In this document: one piece after another, positions 8,550-16,571 of the stretch
Layout: every line of letters begins with the position of its first letter
How positions within the stretch are numbered: position 1 is the first letter of the stretch
Position numbers and translations under genes: made by a program
Notes under the pieces: model-generated
What the model was told of the DNA's origin: nothing
Database searches by the model: none
What the model saw: only the letters and a program-made list of their open reading frames with translations
Assembly: GCA_017414565.1 (NCBI GenBank)
Contig: JAFQLP010000021.1
Location: forward strand, 1-48,313
DNA length: 48,313 nt
Source: Lentisphaeria bacterium
Lineage (GTDB): Bacteria > Verrucomicrobiota > Lentisphaeria > Victivallales > Victivallaceae
Reading direction: 5' to 3'

Positions 8550-9480
8550 GCCGTTGCACGAATTCGCCGCCGCGCTGGATGGCAAACGCATCTTTGTCAC
8601 CGGCGGGACCGGTTTTTTCGGGCGGTCGCTGCTTGATCTGCTGGGACAGGGTGCGTGTCCGGGGGCGCAATGGCATCTGTTGAGCCGGGACCCGGAGGCG
8701 TTCCGGCGGCGTTGCCCGTGGGCGGATCTGCCGCAGGTGCATCTGATCCGGGGGGATGTGCGTGATTTTGTTTTTCCGGAATGTCATTTTGATCTGATTT
8801 GGCACGGGGCCGCCCCGGCGGTGACGGATCTGCCGCCGGGCGAAATGCGGTCGATCATCGAAGACGGTACGCGGCGGGTGCTGGAACTGGCCAAATATTC
8901 CGGGGCCGGACGGATGCTGTTCATCAGTTCCGGTGCGGTATATGGCCGTCAACCGGCGGATCTGGCGAAGATCCCGGAGGATTTTGCCGGACAGCCGGTC
9001 ACCGAATACGGGGTGGCAAAACGGGCGGCGGAACAGTTCTGCCGGGAATCCGGCGTGCCGGTGGTGATCGCCCGCTGTTTCGCTTTTATCGGGCGGCATC
9101 TGAACCGGGAGATCCATTTTGCCGTCGGTAATTTTCTGCGGGATGCGCTGGCCGGACAGCCGGTCAGGATGCAGGGCGACGGCACCCCCCTCCGGAGTTA
9201 TCTGTACGCCGATGATCTGGTGGAATGGCTGTTGGCGGCGTTACTGCGGGGCCGTCCCGGCGAAGCGTACAACATCGGTTCTGAAGACGCGCTGTCGATT
9301 CGGGATTTGGCGGAACGGATCGCCGTTCTGCTGGGATGCGGCCAGGTCACGGCCGGTCGTGCCGCGGTGCCGGGGAAACCGGCCGAACGCTACATTCCCG
9401 CCACCGGCAAAGCACAGCGGGAATTGGGGGTAAAAGTCCGGGTGCCGCTGGATCAGGCGATCCGGCTTTCGGCACAGTGA
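8533..9480 (+). CDS. Extended short-chain dehydrogenase (NAD-dependent epimerase/dehydratase/reductase family)
   Basis: IFVTGGTGFFG Rossmann motif and YGVAKRAAE (YxxxK). Starts at ATG 8533 (the track starts at TTG 8530). Overlaps the GT2 gene by 17 nt. Confidence 0.75.
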   Translation: MTIPVEPLHEFAAALDGKRIFVTGGTGFFGRSLLDLLGQGACPGAQWHLLSRDPEAFRRRCPWADLPQVHLIRGDVRDFVFPECHFDLIWHGAAPAVTDLPPGEMRSIIEDGTRRVLELAKYSGAGRMLFISSGAVYGRQPADLAKIPEDFAGQPVTEYGVAKRAAEQFCRESGVPVVIARCFAFIGRHLNREIHFAVGNFLRDALAGQPVRMQGDGTPLRSYLYADDLVEWLLAALLRGRPGEAYNIGSEDALSIRDLAERIAVLLGCGQVTAGRAAVPGKPAERYIPATGKAQRELGVKVRVPLDQAIRLSAQ

Positions 9481-9486
9481 CAGCGA

Positions 9487-10926
9487 TCATTTGCCGGTGG
9501 CGGCATCCGCATCGGCATAGGCGCGGAGTTTCCGCAGCAGGGTACGGCGGCTGATCCCCAGAGCCGCGGCGGCATGGGTGCGGTTGCCGTTGCACCGCTC
9601 CAGCGCGCGCTCGATCACGACCCGTTCGGATTCATCAAGGCGTTCCGTGACCGGAGCGGCCGTTTCCGGGGGCCGGGGCGCGGTGGCTGCGGTGGCTGCG
9701 GTGGCGGGCGGGACGGTTTGCGGCGGTCTGCCGGAACGGATCTCCGGCGGCACATCGGCGGCGGTCAGAATGTTCCCGCGGGCCAGCACCACCATGCGTT
9801 CGATGGTGTGTTTGAGTTCGCGGATGTTGCCGGGCCAGTCATACTGCACCAGCAGAGCCAGAGCCTGATCATCCAGCCCGCTGACGGGACGGTCGTTTTC
9901 CTGCGCTGCCTTGAGAATGAACCGGCGCGCCAGTTCCGGAATGTCCTGGCGGCGTTCCCGGAGCGGCGGCATGACGATGGAAACCCCCTCCAGACGGTAA
10001 AACAGATCTTCGCGGAATGTTCCTTCGGCGACCATCTGTGCCAGATTCCGGTTGGTGGCACTGACCAGCCGCACGTCGCACTGCACCGGTTCGACACCGC
10101 CGATCCGCTCGACGGTGCGGGTTTCCAGCACCCGCAGCAGTTTGACCTGGGTGGAAGGATCGATCTCGCCGATTTCATCCAGAAAAAGAGTGCCGCCGTC
10201 AGCCAGTTCAAAGCGTCCTTTGCGGCGTTGTTCCGCCCCGGTAAACGCTCCCCGTTCATAGCCGAAAAGTTCGCTTTCCAGCAAATTGGCGGGCAATGCC
10301 GCACAATGGACCGGCACAAACAGGCCTTTGCGCCCGCTGCTGTCGTGGATCGCCCGGGCAATGACCTCTTTACCGGTCCCGCTTTCGCCGGAAAGCATGA
10401 TATTCACCCGGCTGGGCGCGGTCTGCCGGATCAGGTCCTCCACCTGCTGCATGGCAGGCGATTCCCCGAAAACGATATCGCCCGGGATCGGGGGCGGCGT
10501 TTCGCCGGCATCTGCCGGGGTTGCCGGTTCCGGATCGGCGGCCGGAGCGGATTGGGCCGCACGGTGTTTCAGGGCGGCGGCCACGACTTCGTCCAGACGG
10601 TCGAGGCGCACCGGTTTGGCAACGAAATCAAAGGCTCCGGCTTTGACGGCCGCCACCGCCGCTTCGATGGTGCCGTAGGCGGTAAAAACAATGCAGGCGG
10701 GATGATTGCCTTTGGCCAGAGCCGCCTCCAGTACGCTCATGCCGTCGGCACCCGGCATCCGCAGGTCGGTGAGGACCAGATCGTAATCGTTGGTGCGGAG
10801 CAGTTCGATCGCCTGGGCTCCGTCCTCCGCCCCGGTAACGGCAAAGCGGTTCCGGAGATAGCGCATCAGGGCTTCTCTGGTATGGCGTTCATCGTCAACG
10901 ATCAGAATGTTTGTTTTGCCGGTCAT
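9487..10926 (-). CDS. Sigma-54-dependent response regulator (NtrC-type bacterial enhancer-binding protein)
   Basis: Receiver domain ILIVDDE...DLVLTDLRMPGADG. AAA+ domain with Walker A GESGTGKE, GAFTGA loop (YERGAFTGAEQ) and Walker B TLFLDEIGE. C-terminal Fis-type HTH NRTHAAAALGISRRTLLRKL. Confidence 0.9.
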   Translation of the reverse strand: MTGKTNILIVDDERHTREALMRYLRNRFAVTGAEDGAQAIELLRTNDYDLVLTDLRMPGADGMSVLEAALAKGNHPACIVFTAYGTIEAAVAAVKAGAFDFVAKPVRLDRLDEVVAAALKHRAAQSAPAADPEPATPADAGETPPPIPGDIVFGESPAMQQVEDLIRQTAPSRVNIMLSGESGTGKEVIARAIHDSSGRKGLFVPVHCAALPANLLESELFGYERGAFTGAEQRRKGRFELADGGTLFLDEIGEIDPSTQVKLLRVLETRTVERIGGVEPVQCDVRLVSATNRNLAQMVAEGTFREDLFYRLEGVSIVMPPLRERRQDIPELARRFILKAAQENDRPVSGLDDQALALLVQYDWPGNIRELKHTIERMVVLARGNILTAADVPPEIRSGRPPQTVPPATAATAATAPRPPETAAPVTERLDESERVVIERALERCNGNRTHAAAALGISRRTLLRKLRAYADADAATGK

Positions 10927-12533
10927 TTGTTGAATTCAGTTCCGGTGACAGGATCGACCATGCGGAAATCCTCGCAATGCAGCGTGGGATCGGCACGGAA
11001 AGAAAGCGAACTGCCGTATTTGTTTTCCAGTTCGATCAAAAGTTCGGAATCTTCGTTGCGGAGCCGGGTCAGGACATCGGGATGGATGATGACCCGGACC
11101 GGATCGTGTTTGTGGCGTTTGTCCCGGAAAAAGGTATTGAGGGCGCGCTGGATCTCCACGCTCATGGTCATGGGTGATTTGACCAGCCCGGTGCCGTTGC
11201 AGTAGGGACAGGGATCGTAAACTTTGTCGAGGATGCTTTCCTCCTCCCGCTGACGGGTCATTTCCAGCAGTCCTAATTTGCTGATGGGCAGGACTTTGGT
11301 TTTGGCGCGATCGTCCTTGACCAGTTTTTTCAACTGCTTGCAGACTTCATCGCGGTCGCGGGCGGACCGCATGTCGATCAGGTCGATGACCACCAGACCG
11401 CCGACATTGCGGAGCCGCAGCTGCCGGGCCACTTCGGCCACAGCCTCCAGATTGGTTTTGAGGATGAATTCCGGCTGATCGTCGGCTTTGCGGCCGCGGC
11501 CGGTATTGACGTCGATGGCGATCAGGGCCTCGGTTTCGTCAATACAGATCCAGCCGCCGCCCGGCAGACGGACCTGCCGCTGGTAAACCGACTTCAGTTG
11601 TTCTTTGATCTTGAATTCATCGAAGATCGGGACCGCTTTTTCGTACAGATGGACCCGGGACGAAAGTTTGCGGCCGCCGAAAGCCTTGACGGTATCGGCG
11701 ATCCGGCGGTAGGCATCGCGGTCATCCACAATGATCTCGCCGATCTCCTCGGTCATAAAATCGCGCACGGTCCGGTCGATCAGGTCCGGTTCGGTGTAAA
11801 CTGTCATGGGCGGACGGCCGGTTTCGATGGCGCGTTCCAGTTTGTTCCAGGCGGCCAGCAGAAGCGACAGGTCGCGTTTGAAAAACAGGCTTTTCTGACC
11901 TTCGCCGACGGTGCGGCAGATCAACCCCATGCCTTCGGGCAGTTCCAGTTCCGACAGGATTTTTTTCAGCCGGGTCCGTTCCGCCGAATTCTCGATTTTG
12001 GTGGAAAGCCCGATGTGATCCGAAAACGGCATCAGCACCAGATAACGCCCGGCCAGGGAAATGTTGGCCGTGACCCGGGCCCCTTTGGAACTGATCTGCC
12101 CCTTGACCACCTGCACCAGGATCTCCTGCCCCGGTTTAAAATATTCCGGGATCTCGGCGGCTGTGAATTTGCGGCGGCGGCGTTTGGCCTCCCGCTCCTT
12201 CCATTCGGCCGGATTGCCGGAGCGTTTTTGATCCGTCGCGGCTCTGGTGACTTCGATGGTATCGCCGTCGTCATCGCCGTTGCGGCAGCTTTCGGGGATC
12301 ATGTCGTGAAAATGCAGGAATGCGTTGCGCTCGGCCCCGATGTTGACGAAGGCCGCCTGCAGAGAGGTGTCCAGATTGGTGATCCGGCCGAAACAGATCG
12401 ACCCGACTTTGGGTTCATCATCGACCCGTTCGATGCGGTATTCCTCGAGCCGGTCGTCTTTCAGAAGAGCCAGCCGGGACTCCAGTTTTTCACAGTTCAG
12501 AATGATTTTTTTGTGGGATTCTTTGCCGGTCAT
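10923..12533 (-). CDS. rng: Ribonuclease E/G family protein (RNase G-like)
   Basis: S1 domain GSICFGRITNLDTSLQAAFVNIG. Catalytic-core motifs LIAIDVNTGRGR and GGLVVIDLIDM. C-terminal CPYCNGTG zinc link. Stop and start overlap the neighbouring genes by 4 nt. Confidence 0.85.
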   Translation of the reverse strand: MTGKESHKKIILNCEKLESRLALLKDDRLEEYRIERVDDEPKVGSICFGRITNLDTSLQAAFVNIGAERNAFLHFHDMIPESCRNGDDDGDTIEVTRAATDQKRSGNPAEWKEREAKRRRRKFTAAEIPEYFKPGQEILVQVVKGQISSKGARVTANISLAGRYLVLMPFSDHIGLSTKIENSAERTRLKKILSELELPEGMGLICRTVGEGQKSLFFKRDLSLLLAAWNKLERAIETGRPPMTVYTEPDLIDRTVRDFMTEEIGEIIVDDRDAYRRIADTVKAFGGRKLSSRVHLYEKAVPIFDEFKIKEQLKSVYQRQVRLPGGGWICIDETEALIAIDVNTGRGRKADDQPEFILKTNLEAVAEVARQLRLRNVGGLVVIDLIDMRSARDRDEVCKQLKKLVKDDRAKTKVLPISKLGLLEMTRQREEESILDKVYDPCPYCNGTGLVKSPMTMSVEIQRALNTFFRDKRHKHDPVRVIIHPDVLTRLRNEDSELLIELENKYGSSLSFRADPTLHCEDFRMVDPVTGTEFNK

Positions 12534-13504
12534 GAATGCGGCCTTTCAGCAAAAGCGGTTGAGGGAACGGCATCGACTTCGGGGATCTCCCGGAGGCCGT
12601 TCAAAAAGGCGGTCGCGGGCATTTCCCGTTTGCCGGGAACGGCGAGCGTACGCAATTCCAGCGCATCTTCGCCGCAGGCCACGATCCAGCCTTTTTTGTC
12701 ACATTTCAAATTGGTTCCGGGAGCCGCGCTGCCGGGAACGACCCCGGCCGAAAGCAGTGTCACCGTGATCTCGCGCCCGGCGGCCCGGCAGAGGAATCGC
12801 GCCCCCGGCCACGGCTGATAGGCGCGGACCGCCGCTTCGATTTCGGCGGCCGGGCGGCTCCAGTCGATATGGCCCGCCTCTTTGACGACTTTGCCGCAAT
12901 GGGTGGCCAACGCTTCATTCTGGGGTTCCGCGGTCAGTTGCCCGGCGGCAATGGCGTGCAGGGTCTCCGATGCGGCATCGGCGGCGAGCCGCCCCAGATC
13001 CGCCTCCAGCGAAGCGGTCGTTTCGGTGCCGTCCAACGGGCGGCGGATCTGCCGGTACACCGCCCCGGTATCCAGACCTTTTTCCATCTGCATGAAACAG
13101 ACCCCGGTCGCCGGTTCGCGGTCGCGGATCACCGAAAGGATCGGCGAGGCCCCCCGGTACCGCGGCAGCAGCGAGGCGTGGATGTTCACACAGCCGGATG
13201 GCGGCAGGGCCAGAATATCCGCTTTCAGCAGTTGGCCGAATGCCACGACCAGCACGATTTGCGGAGCCATTTCCCGGAGGCGGGCGAGAAAAGCCGGATC
13301 GTTGACCGAGGTCAGGCGTTCTGCCGTCAGACCGAGGGCATCGGCGGCATCGGCGACCGGGGTTCCGGCCATGCGGCCGCCCCGTCCGGCGGGCCGGTCG
13401 GGCTGGGTGCCGATACCCACCAGTTCAATGGAGGGATCGGCGGCAAGTTTTTGCAGGACCGGGACCGCAATGGCACCGGAACCGAGAAAATAGATTTTCA
13501 GCAT
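12530..13504 (-). CDS. fmt: Methionyl-tRNA formyltransferase
   Basis: MLKIYFLGSGAIAVPVLQKL...NIHASLLPRYRGASPI...YQPWPGA. Starts at ATG 13504..13502. The 408-aa track ORF reaching 13756 is an upstream extension across the intergenic region. Confidence 0.9.
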   Translation of the reverse strand: MLKIYFLGSGAIAVPVLQKLAADPSIELVGIGTQPDRPAGRGGRMAGTPVADAADALGLTAERLTSVNDPAFLARLREMAPQIVLVVAFGQLLKADILALPPSGCVNIHASLLPRYRGASPILSVIRDREPATGVCFMQMEKGLDTGAVYRQIRRPLDGTETTASLEADLGRLAADAASETLHAIAAGQLTAEPQNEALATHCGKVVKEAGHIDWSRPAAEIEAAVRAYQPWPGARFLCRAAGREITVTLLSAGVVPGSAAPGTNLKCDKKGWIVACGEDALELRTLAVPGKREMPATAFLNGLREIPEVDAVPSTAFAERPHS

Positions 13505-13531
13505 TTTTACACAAAAACGGGCGGAAGGCCC

Positions 13532-13565
13532 TTTAAATTCATTGTTTTCCCGTGTAGAATATAAT
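13532..13565 (+). promoter_or_regulatory. Candidate promoter for folK (AT-rich island with -10-like elements on both strands)
   Basis: TTTAAA (13532-13537), 17 nt, TAGAAT (13555-13560), with an overlapping TATAAT at 13560-13565. The minus strand of the same island reads TATATT/TATTAT and could serve fmt. Confidence 0.3.
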
Positions 13566-13593
13566 ATGCAAACACGGAAAGCGCAATCGAAAA

Positions 13594-14094
13594 ATGTCGA
13601 AATATAGCAAAATTGCCCTTTCTCTGGGCGGAAATACCGGCGATCCGGTCGCGGCTTTTGATGCGGCGGCGGCGGCATTGACGGCGGCGGGATTGCGGCA
13701 TGTCTGCCGGTCTTCCCATTTCCGGACGGAGCCGGTGGATTGCGCCCCCGGCACACCGCCGTTCTGCAACGCGGCCCTGACCGGAGAATGGCCCGGATCT
13801 GCCGGGGAGTTACTGGCGTGCTGTCAACGGCTTGAGGTGGCGGCGGGGCGGCCGGCGGAGCACGGATTCCATACGCCGCGGCCGCTGGATCTGGATATCA
13901 TTTGTTTCGGGGATGAGATCATCCGCACGCCGGTGCTGACGGTGCCGCACCCGCGGGCGCAGGAACGGCGTTTCGTGCTGCAGCCGCTGGCGGAGATCGC
14001 GCCGGATATGCGCTTTGCCGACAGCGGGTTGACGGTACGGGAGGCGTTGTTGCGTCTTGACGGTTGCAATCAGAACGATTTTATGCTATATTAG
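13594..14094 (+). CDS. folK: 2-amino-4-hydroxy-6-hydroxymethyldihydropteridine diphosphokinase (HPPK)
   Basis: ALSLGGNTGD...RPLDLDII...VPHPRAQERRFVLQPLAEIAP are the typical HPPK signature segments. Confidence 0.85.
   Translation: MSKYSKIALSLGGNTGDPVAAFDAAAAALTAAGLRHVCRSSHFRTEPVDCAPGTPPFCNAALTGEWPGSAGELLACCQRLEVAAGRPAEHGFHTPRPLDLDIICFGDEIIRTPVLTVPHPRAQERRFVLQPLAEIAPDMRFADSGLTVREALLRLDGCNQNDFMLY
14064..14092 (+). promoter_or_regulatory. Candidate internal promoter overlapping the folK stop
   Basis: TTGCAA (14064-14069), exactly 17 nt, TATATT (14087-14092). These are the same two hexamers and spacing as the candidate promoter at 24464-24436. Confidence 0.45.
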
Positions 14095-14139
14095 TCAACA
14101 GGGGGAGAGAATCAACCAATTTTCAGGAGATGAGGAACA

Positions 14140-14469
14140 ATGGCGATAGATACGATGATTCTGGTGTTGCTGGTACTGGTACTGGTGTGCGTGGCGGCAA
14201 TGACGGTGTTGATGGTGGTGGCGGCCAAACAGTGGGCGGCGTTCCGTTCGACACTGGAAAATTATCTGTCCACCGATGAAGCCCATGCCAAACGGCAGCA
14301 GTCCGCCATGGCGGAATTTCTGATCGAACAACGCCGGATGACCCGGGTGATGTCGGAATCCCTTGAACTGAAAAAAGCGGAAATGACCGGGGATTTTGAA
14401 ATCGTCGAAGAGCCGATCCCGGTCACGGCTCCGCCGCCGGGTGCGCCGACCATCAAACTTGCAAAGTAA
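14140..14469 (+). CDS. Hypothetical single-pass membrane protein, 109 aa
   Basis: AGGAG/GAGGAA SD upstream. N-terminal TM helix ILVLLVLVLVCVAAMTVLMVVAA followed by a charged helical tail. I recognise no family. Confidence 0.55.
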   Translation: MAIDTMILVLLVLVLVCVAAMTVLMVVAAKQWAAFRSTLENYLSTDEAHAKRQQSAMAEFLIEQRRMTRVMSESLELKKAEMTGDFEIVEEPIPVTAPPPGAPTIKLAK

Positions 14470-14500
14470 ACGAGATAGTTGAAACATTGAGGAGTTGACC

Positions 14501-15061
14501 ATGAAGAAAATCGTATTCATTCTCGGGTTGAGCGTTCTGCTCGGCGGGGCGATGCCGGTGCAGGGTTCGGACGTGCTGGAAAAGATCGCGCTTTATATCC
14601 CGAACCGCATCGTCGATGCGTTTGACTGTTTTTCCGCCACCCTCGGGGTCGGGCTCGGTGCCCGGGCGGAATTGGCTGTGACCCAGGCGATCACGGTCGG
14701 TGCCGGGTACGAAAATCAGGTTTTCACCCTTTACAAGGACCACAACCGTCAGTACGGCGGCGGTATCCAGGACGGTTATTACACCCAGTTGGTCTGCCTG
14801 GGCGAAGAAAACCAGAGCCGCGACCGGCTGTTCGGTCTGGTTCGCAGCTATTGGGAATCGCACGGCGGGATGCCGCTGCCGACCCAGCGGGTCTATGATT
14901 TTCAGGAAGGTGCCCGCGACTACTGGAAAGTCGGCGGCGCGCTGGGTTTCCTGATTTTGGGCGATGTTTATCTGCATCCGGTCGAGGCTCTGGATTTCGT
15001 ACTCGGGTTCTTCCTGATCGATGTGAAGGCCGACGATCTGATTTTTGACGATTTCCGGTAA
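14501..15061 (+). CDS. Hypothetical secreted protein
   Basis: GGAG lies 6 nt before ATG 14501 (the track starts at TTG 14495). Signal peptide MKKIVFILGLSVLLGGAMPVQG. I recognise no family. Confidence 0.6.
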   Translation: MKKIVFILGLSVLLGGAMPVQGSDVLEKIALYIPNRIVDAFDCFSATLGVGLGARAELAVTQAITVGAGYENQVFTLYKDHNRQYGGGIQDGYYTQLVCLGEENQSRDRLFGLVRSYWESHGGMPLPTQRVYDFQEGARDYWKVGGALGFLILGDVYLHPVEALDFVLGFFLIDVKADDLIFDDFR

Positions 15062-15064
15062 GCA

Positions 15065-15391
15065 ATGGGAGCGTTCCACTGTCGGCGGTGCGGCAACTGC
15101 TGCCGTTGGCCGGGGGCTGTCCGGGTGAGCGGCGAAGAGTGCGATGCGATCGCCGCGTATCTCGGCATGACGGTGGAGGATTTTATTGACCGCTTTACCC
15201 GGATCACACCGGACCGGCAGGCTCTTTCGCTGACCGAAACCGGGGCCGGGCATTGCATTTTTCTGGACGAAGATCCGCCCGCTTGCCGGATCGATGCGGT
15301 CAAACCGCGTCAGTGCCGGGATTTTCCGGAGCATTGGAATTTCCCCGGGTGGCGTAATGAATGCGAAGGCGGACGGGAGGATAGAGAATGA
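15065..15391 (+). CDS. YkgJ-family cysteine-cluster protein (UPF0153, CxxCxxCC)
   Basis: The N-terminal CRRCGNCCRWPG plus the later HCIFLD...ACRI...CRDFP cysteine pattern is typical of the family. Confidence 0.7.
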   Translation: MGAFHCRRCGNCCRWPGAVRVSGEECDAIAAYLGMTVEDFIDRFTRITPDRQALSLTETGAGHCIFLDEDPPACRIDAVKPRQCRDFPEHWNFPGWRNECEGGREDRE

Positions 15392-16008
15392 CCAGACAAC
15401 TGGGGACTGTGATTGTATTGTCGGGTCCGAGCGGTGTGGGCAAATCCACATTGGTCGGCCGTCTGCGGGAAGCCATGCCGGAATTGGAGTTTTCGATCTC
15501 CTGTACCACCCGGCCGCCGCGGCGGGGCGAGATCGACCATGTGCATTACCATTTTCTGGATGATGCGGCATTTGAACAGCATCTGGCCGCCGGTGATTTC
15601 CTGGAACATGCCGGGGTTTTTTCACGGCGTTACGGTACGCTGAAAAGCGAGATCTACGACCGGGTCTGCGACGGGCGCGATGTACTGTTGGATATCGATG
15701 TGCAGGGAGCCATGCAGATCCGGGAATGCGCGGCGGCAGATCCGCTGTTGAAGCGGGTGTGCGAATTCATTTTTATCGGGCCGCCTTCGGTCGAAGCGTT
15801 GGAAACACGGCTGCGCGGCCGTTCCACCGACAGCGAAGAACAGATCCTGCTCCGGCTGGCCGGGGCGCGCCGGGAACTTTCTTTTTACGATCGCTATGAC
15901 TACCTGATCATCAACGATCAACTGGATGTGGCGGCGGCCCGGCTCGAAAGCGTGGTGCGCGGATTCCGGACCAAGGTGAGCCGCCTGGAGGAAAGGTTGT
16001 TTGAATGA
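15388..16008 (+). CDS. gmk: Guanylate kinase
   Basis: P-loop VLSGPSGVGKSTL, then TTRPPRRGE...HYHF...EHA...YGT. Confidence 0.9.
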   Translation: MTRQLGTVIVLSGPSGVGKSTLVGRLREAMPELEFSISCTTRPPRRGEIDHVHYHFLDDAAFEQHLAAGDFLEHAGVFSRRYGTLKSEIYDRVCDGRDVLLDIDVQGAMQIRECAAADPLLKRVCEFIFIGPPSVEALETRLRGRSTDSEEQILLRLAGARRELSFYDRYDYLIINDQLDVAAARLESVVRGFRTKVSRLEERLFE

Positions 16009-16571
16009 AAGATAAACCGGTAGTTGCTCTGGGCGTGACCGGCGGGATCGCCGCGTACAAGGCCGCCGAACTGTGCCGTCTGCTGAAACGCCGCGGATAT
16101 GAAGTCCGGGTGGTGATGACGGAAAACGCCTGCCGTTTTGTGACTCCGTTGACATTCCGCACGCTGTCGCAGTATCCGGTCATGACATCGCTCTGGGAAA
16201 CACCGGAGTGGCGGCCGGAGCATGTGGCTCTGGCGGATGAAGCGGCATTGCTGGTCATTGCCCCATGCACGGCCAATTGTCTGGGGAAACTGGCAGGCGG
16301 CATTGCGGATGATGCGTTGTCCACACTGGGGCTGACATTCGGCGGCCCGGTCGTGGTGGCTCCGGCCATGAATCCCGGTATGTGGCGGAATCCGGCGGTA
16401 CAGCAGAATGTGGAGGTGCTGAAATCGCGCGGGGTCCGGTTTGTGGGCCCGGCCGATGGCGATGTGGCCTGCGGTGCGGCCGGGACCGGACGGATGGCTG
16501 AACCGGAGGAGATCGCATCGGCTGTCATCGGTATTCTGGAAGAAAACGGAGCAAACGGGAGGACGATATGA
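16005..16571 (+). CDS. coaC: Phosphopantothenoylcysteine decarboxylase (stand-alone flavoprotein, CoaC half of Dfp)
   Basis: VALGVTGGIAAYKAAEL...APCTANCLGKLAGGIADD...APAMNPGMW...GRMAEPEEI. The ORF ends after about 188 aa with no CoaB (CTP-ligase) domain. Confidence 0.85.
   Translation: MKDKPVVALGVTGGIAAYKAAELCRLLKRRGYEVRVVMTENACRFVTPLTFRTLSQYPVMTSLWETPEWRPEHVALADEAALLVIAPCTANCLGKLAGGIADDALSTLGLTFGGPVVVAPAMNPGMWRNPAVQQNVEVLKSRGVRFVGPADGDVACGAAGTGRMAEPEEIASAVIGILEENGANGRTI

Noticed and set aside
9681-9707. A 9-bp tandem repeat (cggtggctg x2 plus cggtggcgg) inside the sigma-54 activator gene.
   Set aside because: It is in-frame and encodes the Ala/Thr-rich linker (ATAATAATA) between the AAA+ and HTH domains. 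This is ordinary linker low complexity, possibly length-variable but not a separate element.
9574-12818. Plus-strand ORFs of 543 aa (9574..11205) and 406 aa (11598..12818).
   Set aside because: They are antisense to the sigma-54 activator and RNase G genes, both of which show complete motif sets. They are the same GC-composition artefact as the other long antisense ORFs.
13505-13756. Upstream extension of fmt (the 408-aa track ORF). There are analogous extensions of rfbF (from 2365), rfbH (from 4241), the lipoprotein (from 26334), rsmG (from 27942) and DUF2156 (from 36232).
   Set aside because: In each case an internal start coincides with the family N-terminus and with an SD or a stop-start overlap. 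The extension also overlaps the upstream gene or the promoter region.
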